A stretch of 64,000 nt of DNA from an uncultured bacterium (lineage in GTDB: Bacteria > Krumholzibacteriota > Krumholzibacteriia > LZORAL124-64-63): NCBI GenBank assembly GCA_963732385.1, contig CAVSZB010000007.1, forward strand, positions 1,248,001 to 1,312,000, given 5' to 3'. The notes below the pieces were generated by a model that saw only the letters and a program-made list of their open reading frames with translations, ran no database searches and had not been told where the DNA came from. A program made the position numbers and the translations under genes. Positions within the stretch are counted from its first letter, which is position 1. Every line of letters starts with the position of its first letter. Of the stretch, positions 62,235 through 64,000 are shown one piece after another.

Positions 62235-63569
62235 ATGACGCCGCTTGCCCTCCTCCCCCTGCCGCGCGAGATCCCGCTGCCGATGCCGGCCGATCCGGCG
62301 CTGCTGCAGGCGCTGCTGGTCGTGCTGTTCCTGCTGCACATCCTGTTCGTGAACCTGACGGTCGGCAGCTCGCTGCTGGCGCTCTGGGCCGAATGGACCG
62401 GGCGCCGCCGTCCCGCCTTCGATGCGCTGGCCCACGCGATCGTGCGCACGATCACTGTGAACAAGAGTCTCGCCGTGGTGCTGGGCGTGGGACCGCTGCT
62501 GGTCATCAACGTGATCTACACGGTGTTCTTCTATTCGGCCAATTCCCTCACCGGCGCCGCCTGGATCATGATCGTGCCGCTGGTGACGGCGGCGTTCCTC
62601 GCCGCCTACGCCCACAAGTACTCCTGGGAGCGCCTGGCTCACCGGAAGGGGCTGCATCTGGCGCTGGGCGGCCTCTCGAGCCTGCTGTTCCTGATCGTGC
62701 CGTTCATCTTCCTGACGAACATCAACCTGATGCTCTTCCCGGAACGCTGGACGCAGGTGCACGGCTTCCTTTCGGCCCTGCTGCTGCCGAACGCCCTGCC
62801 GCGTTATTTGCATTTCGTGACCGCGAGCGTCTCCCTGACCGCGCTGTTCTTGCTGCTCTGGTTCACCCGCCCCGGCTTTCCGCTCGACACCGAATTGCCC
62901 GGCTTCGACCGGCCGACGCTGCGGCGGCTGTTCTACCGGATCGCGCTGGGCGCCACGGCGCTGCAGCTGCTCGCCGGCCCGCTGGTGCTGTTCACCCTGC
63001 CGCGCGCGGGGTGGAGCGGCTTCCTCTGGATCGTGATCGGCACCGGGGTGACGTGCGCCCTCTGGGCGATCGGGCTGATGGCGCGCGAATCGCTGCGGTC
63101 CGACAACCGGGTGGGCAGCCACTTCCTGCTGATCGTGGGCCTGATCACGACGACCGCCTTCTGCATGGGCTACGGCCGCCACGTCTACCGTGAGACGGCG
63201 GTGACCGCCCACCGCGAAGCGATGGCGACGCGCACCGCTGACTACGGCTGGGCGACGGCAGCGGCGCAGTGGCGCGAGGCAACCGGGGTCGGCCCCGACA
63301 CGACCCCGCTCGGCGAGCGCATCTTCAACGGCACCTGCGCGAGCTGCCACGCGCTCGATCGCGTCCTGGTCGGCCCGTCGCTGCGGGAGATCGCGCAGCT
63401 GTACACCGGCAATCCCGGCGGCATCGCCCGCTGGGCCGACGCCCCCGGCAAAAAACGCGCGGGCTTCCAGCAGATGCCGGCCTTCCGGCTCGGCAGCGAA
63501 AAGCTGCTGGCGGTGGCCGAATACATGCTGCAACTCGGCAGCGGTCAGGCGCCGCAGCGACTTGACTAA
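62235..63569 (+). CDS. Partner membrane protein with C-terminal monoheme cytochrome c
   Basis: LFLLHILFVN, LGVGPLL, PRYLHF, CASCH..VGPSL..MPAF. Confidence 0.75.
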   Translation: MTPLALLPLPREIPLPMPADPALLQALLVVLFLLHILFVNLTVGSSLLALWAEWTGRRRPAFDALAHAIVRTITVNKSLAVVLGVGPLLVINVIYTVFFYSANSLTGAAWIMIVPLVTAAFLAAYAHKYSWERLAHRKGLHLALGGLSSLLFLIVPFIFLTNINLMLFPERWTQVHGFLSALLLPNALPRYLHFVTASVSLTALFLLLWFTRPGFPLDTELPGFDRPTLRRLFYRIALGATALQLLAGPLVLFTLPRAGWSGFLWIVIGTGVTCALWAIGLMARESLRSDNRVGSHFLLIVGLITTTAFCMGYGRHVYRETAVTAHREAMATRTADYGWATAAAQWREATGVGPDTTPLGERIFNGTCASCHALDRVLVGPSLREIAQLYTGNPGGIARWADAPGKKRAGFQQMPAFRLGSEKLLAVAEYMLQLGSGQAPQRLD

Positions 63570-63615
63570 ATAACACCACTTGACAAATAGATCAAGTCGC
63601 TCTATTTAGACAAGT
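63559..63615 (+). promoter_or_regulatory. AT-rich promoter with three copies of an ACTTG(A/T)C(T)AAATA repeat (candidate autoregulatory operator)
   Basis: ACTTGACTAAATA (63560), ACTTGACAAATAGA (63578) and inverted TCTATTTAGACAAGT (63601-63615); TTGACA at 63580. Confidence 0.6.
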
Positions 63616-64000
63616 ATGGATTCACTCCCGAAATCTGGCCGCTTTGCCGGCAAAGTGCCTGAAGTGCTGGCTGAACTCCTGGGGATCAGCCGGGCGGACC
63701 TCGATCTTCGCCCGCGCGACCCAACCGGGGCTGACCTGATCATCGCCGCCGGACAAACCTTCGTCATCGCCTTCAACAAGTCCACCGGCGCCGCTCCGAT
63801 CGCCGCGGTCGCGAAGAGGGTGCAGGAGCTGGCCAGGCGTGTCCGCCGACGTGCCGTGCCGCTTGTCGCGGTGCCGTTCATGGGCGAGGTCGGTCGCAGA
63901 GCCTGCGACGAGGTCGGCGTAGGCTGGCTCGACCTCAGCGGCAACGCGTGCATCGTCGCGCCCGGCCTCCGGGTGCTCGTCGATGGCCGGCCGAACCGCT
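63616..64000 (+). CDS. Type IV toxin-antitoxin AbiEi-family antitoxin (partial, runs off window)
   Basis: Open frame from ATG 63616: ..PLVAVPFMGEVGRRACDEVGVGWLDLSGNACIVAPGLRVLVDGRPNR; D(L)xGN motif recalled from the AbiEi_2 family; absent from the ORF track because no stop is in view. Confidence 0.65.
   Translation, partial: MDSLPKSGRFAGKVPEVLAELLGISRADLDLRPRDPTGADLIIAAGQTFVIAFNKSTGAAPIAAVAKRVQELARRVRRRAVPLVAVPFMGEVGRRACDEVGVGWLDLSGNACIVAPGLRVLVDGRPNR

Overview
High-GC bacterial chromosomal window with about 52 genes. A C-terminal PNPFNPRTTIRY FlgD-like domain suggests an FCB-group candidate lineage such as Krumholzibacteriota or Latescibacterota (inference). Content from left to right: (1) a 9.3-kb respiratory cluster encoding 43 CxxCH heme sites, with two CbcL-type multiheme c/cytochrome-b fusions (19 and 11 hemes) around a Tat 4Fe-4S protein, an NrfD/HybB membrane protein and a 13-heme cytochrome, and no catalytic subunit; (2) a GT4 and an MsbA-like ABC transporter; (3) a YHS-TolC-CusB-CusA metal efflux operon behind a sigma54 promoter and a nested 14-bp inverted repeat; (4) a DEDDh exonuclease; (5) a 10-kb stretch (22.2-32.1 kb) where transketolase, penicillin acylase, an SBBP-repeat protein, a tricorn protease and a nucleotide-sugar dehydrogenase are broken by about 14 frameshifts, most likely sequencing errors; (6) a PLD, a His-rich sensor kinase with a sigma54 response regulator, OmpA, LPS glycosyltransferases, mntP, an OPT transporter and pepT; (7) a stand-alone secreted Cys-rich CDPxxC repeat protein; (8) an SPFH/Arc pair; (9) a PAS sigma54 activator divergent from trxA; (10) a cytoplasmic kinase/NarL pair before amtB; (11) a CydA-like cytochrome c fusion pair; (12) the start of an AbiEi antitoxin gene. 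I recognised no rRNA, tRNA, CRISPR array or transposase.
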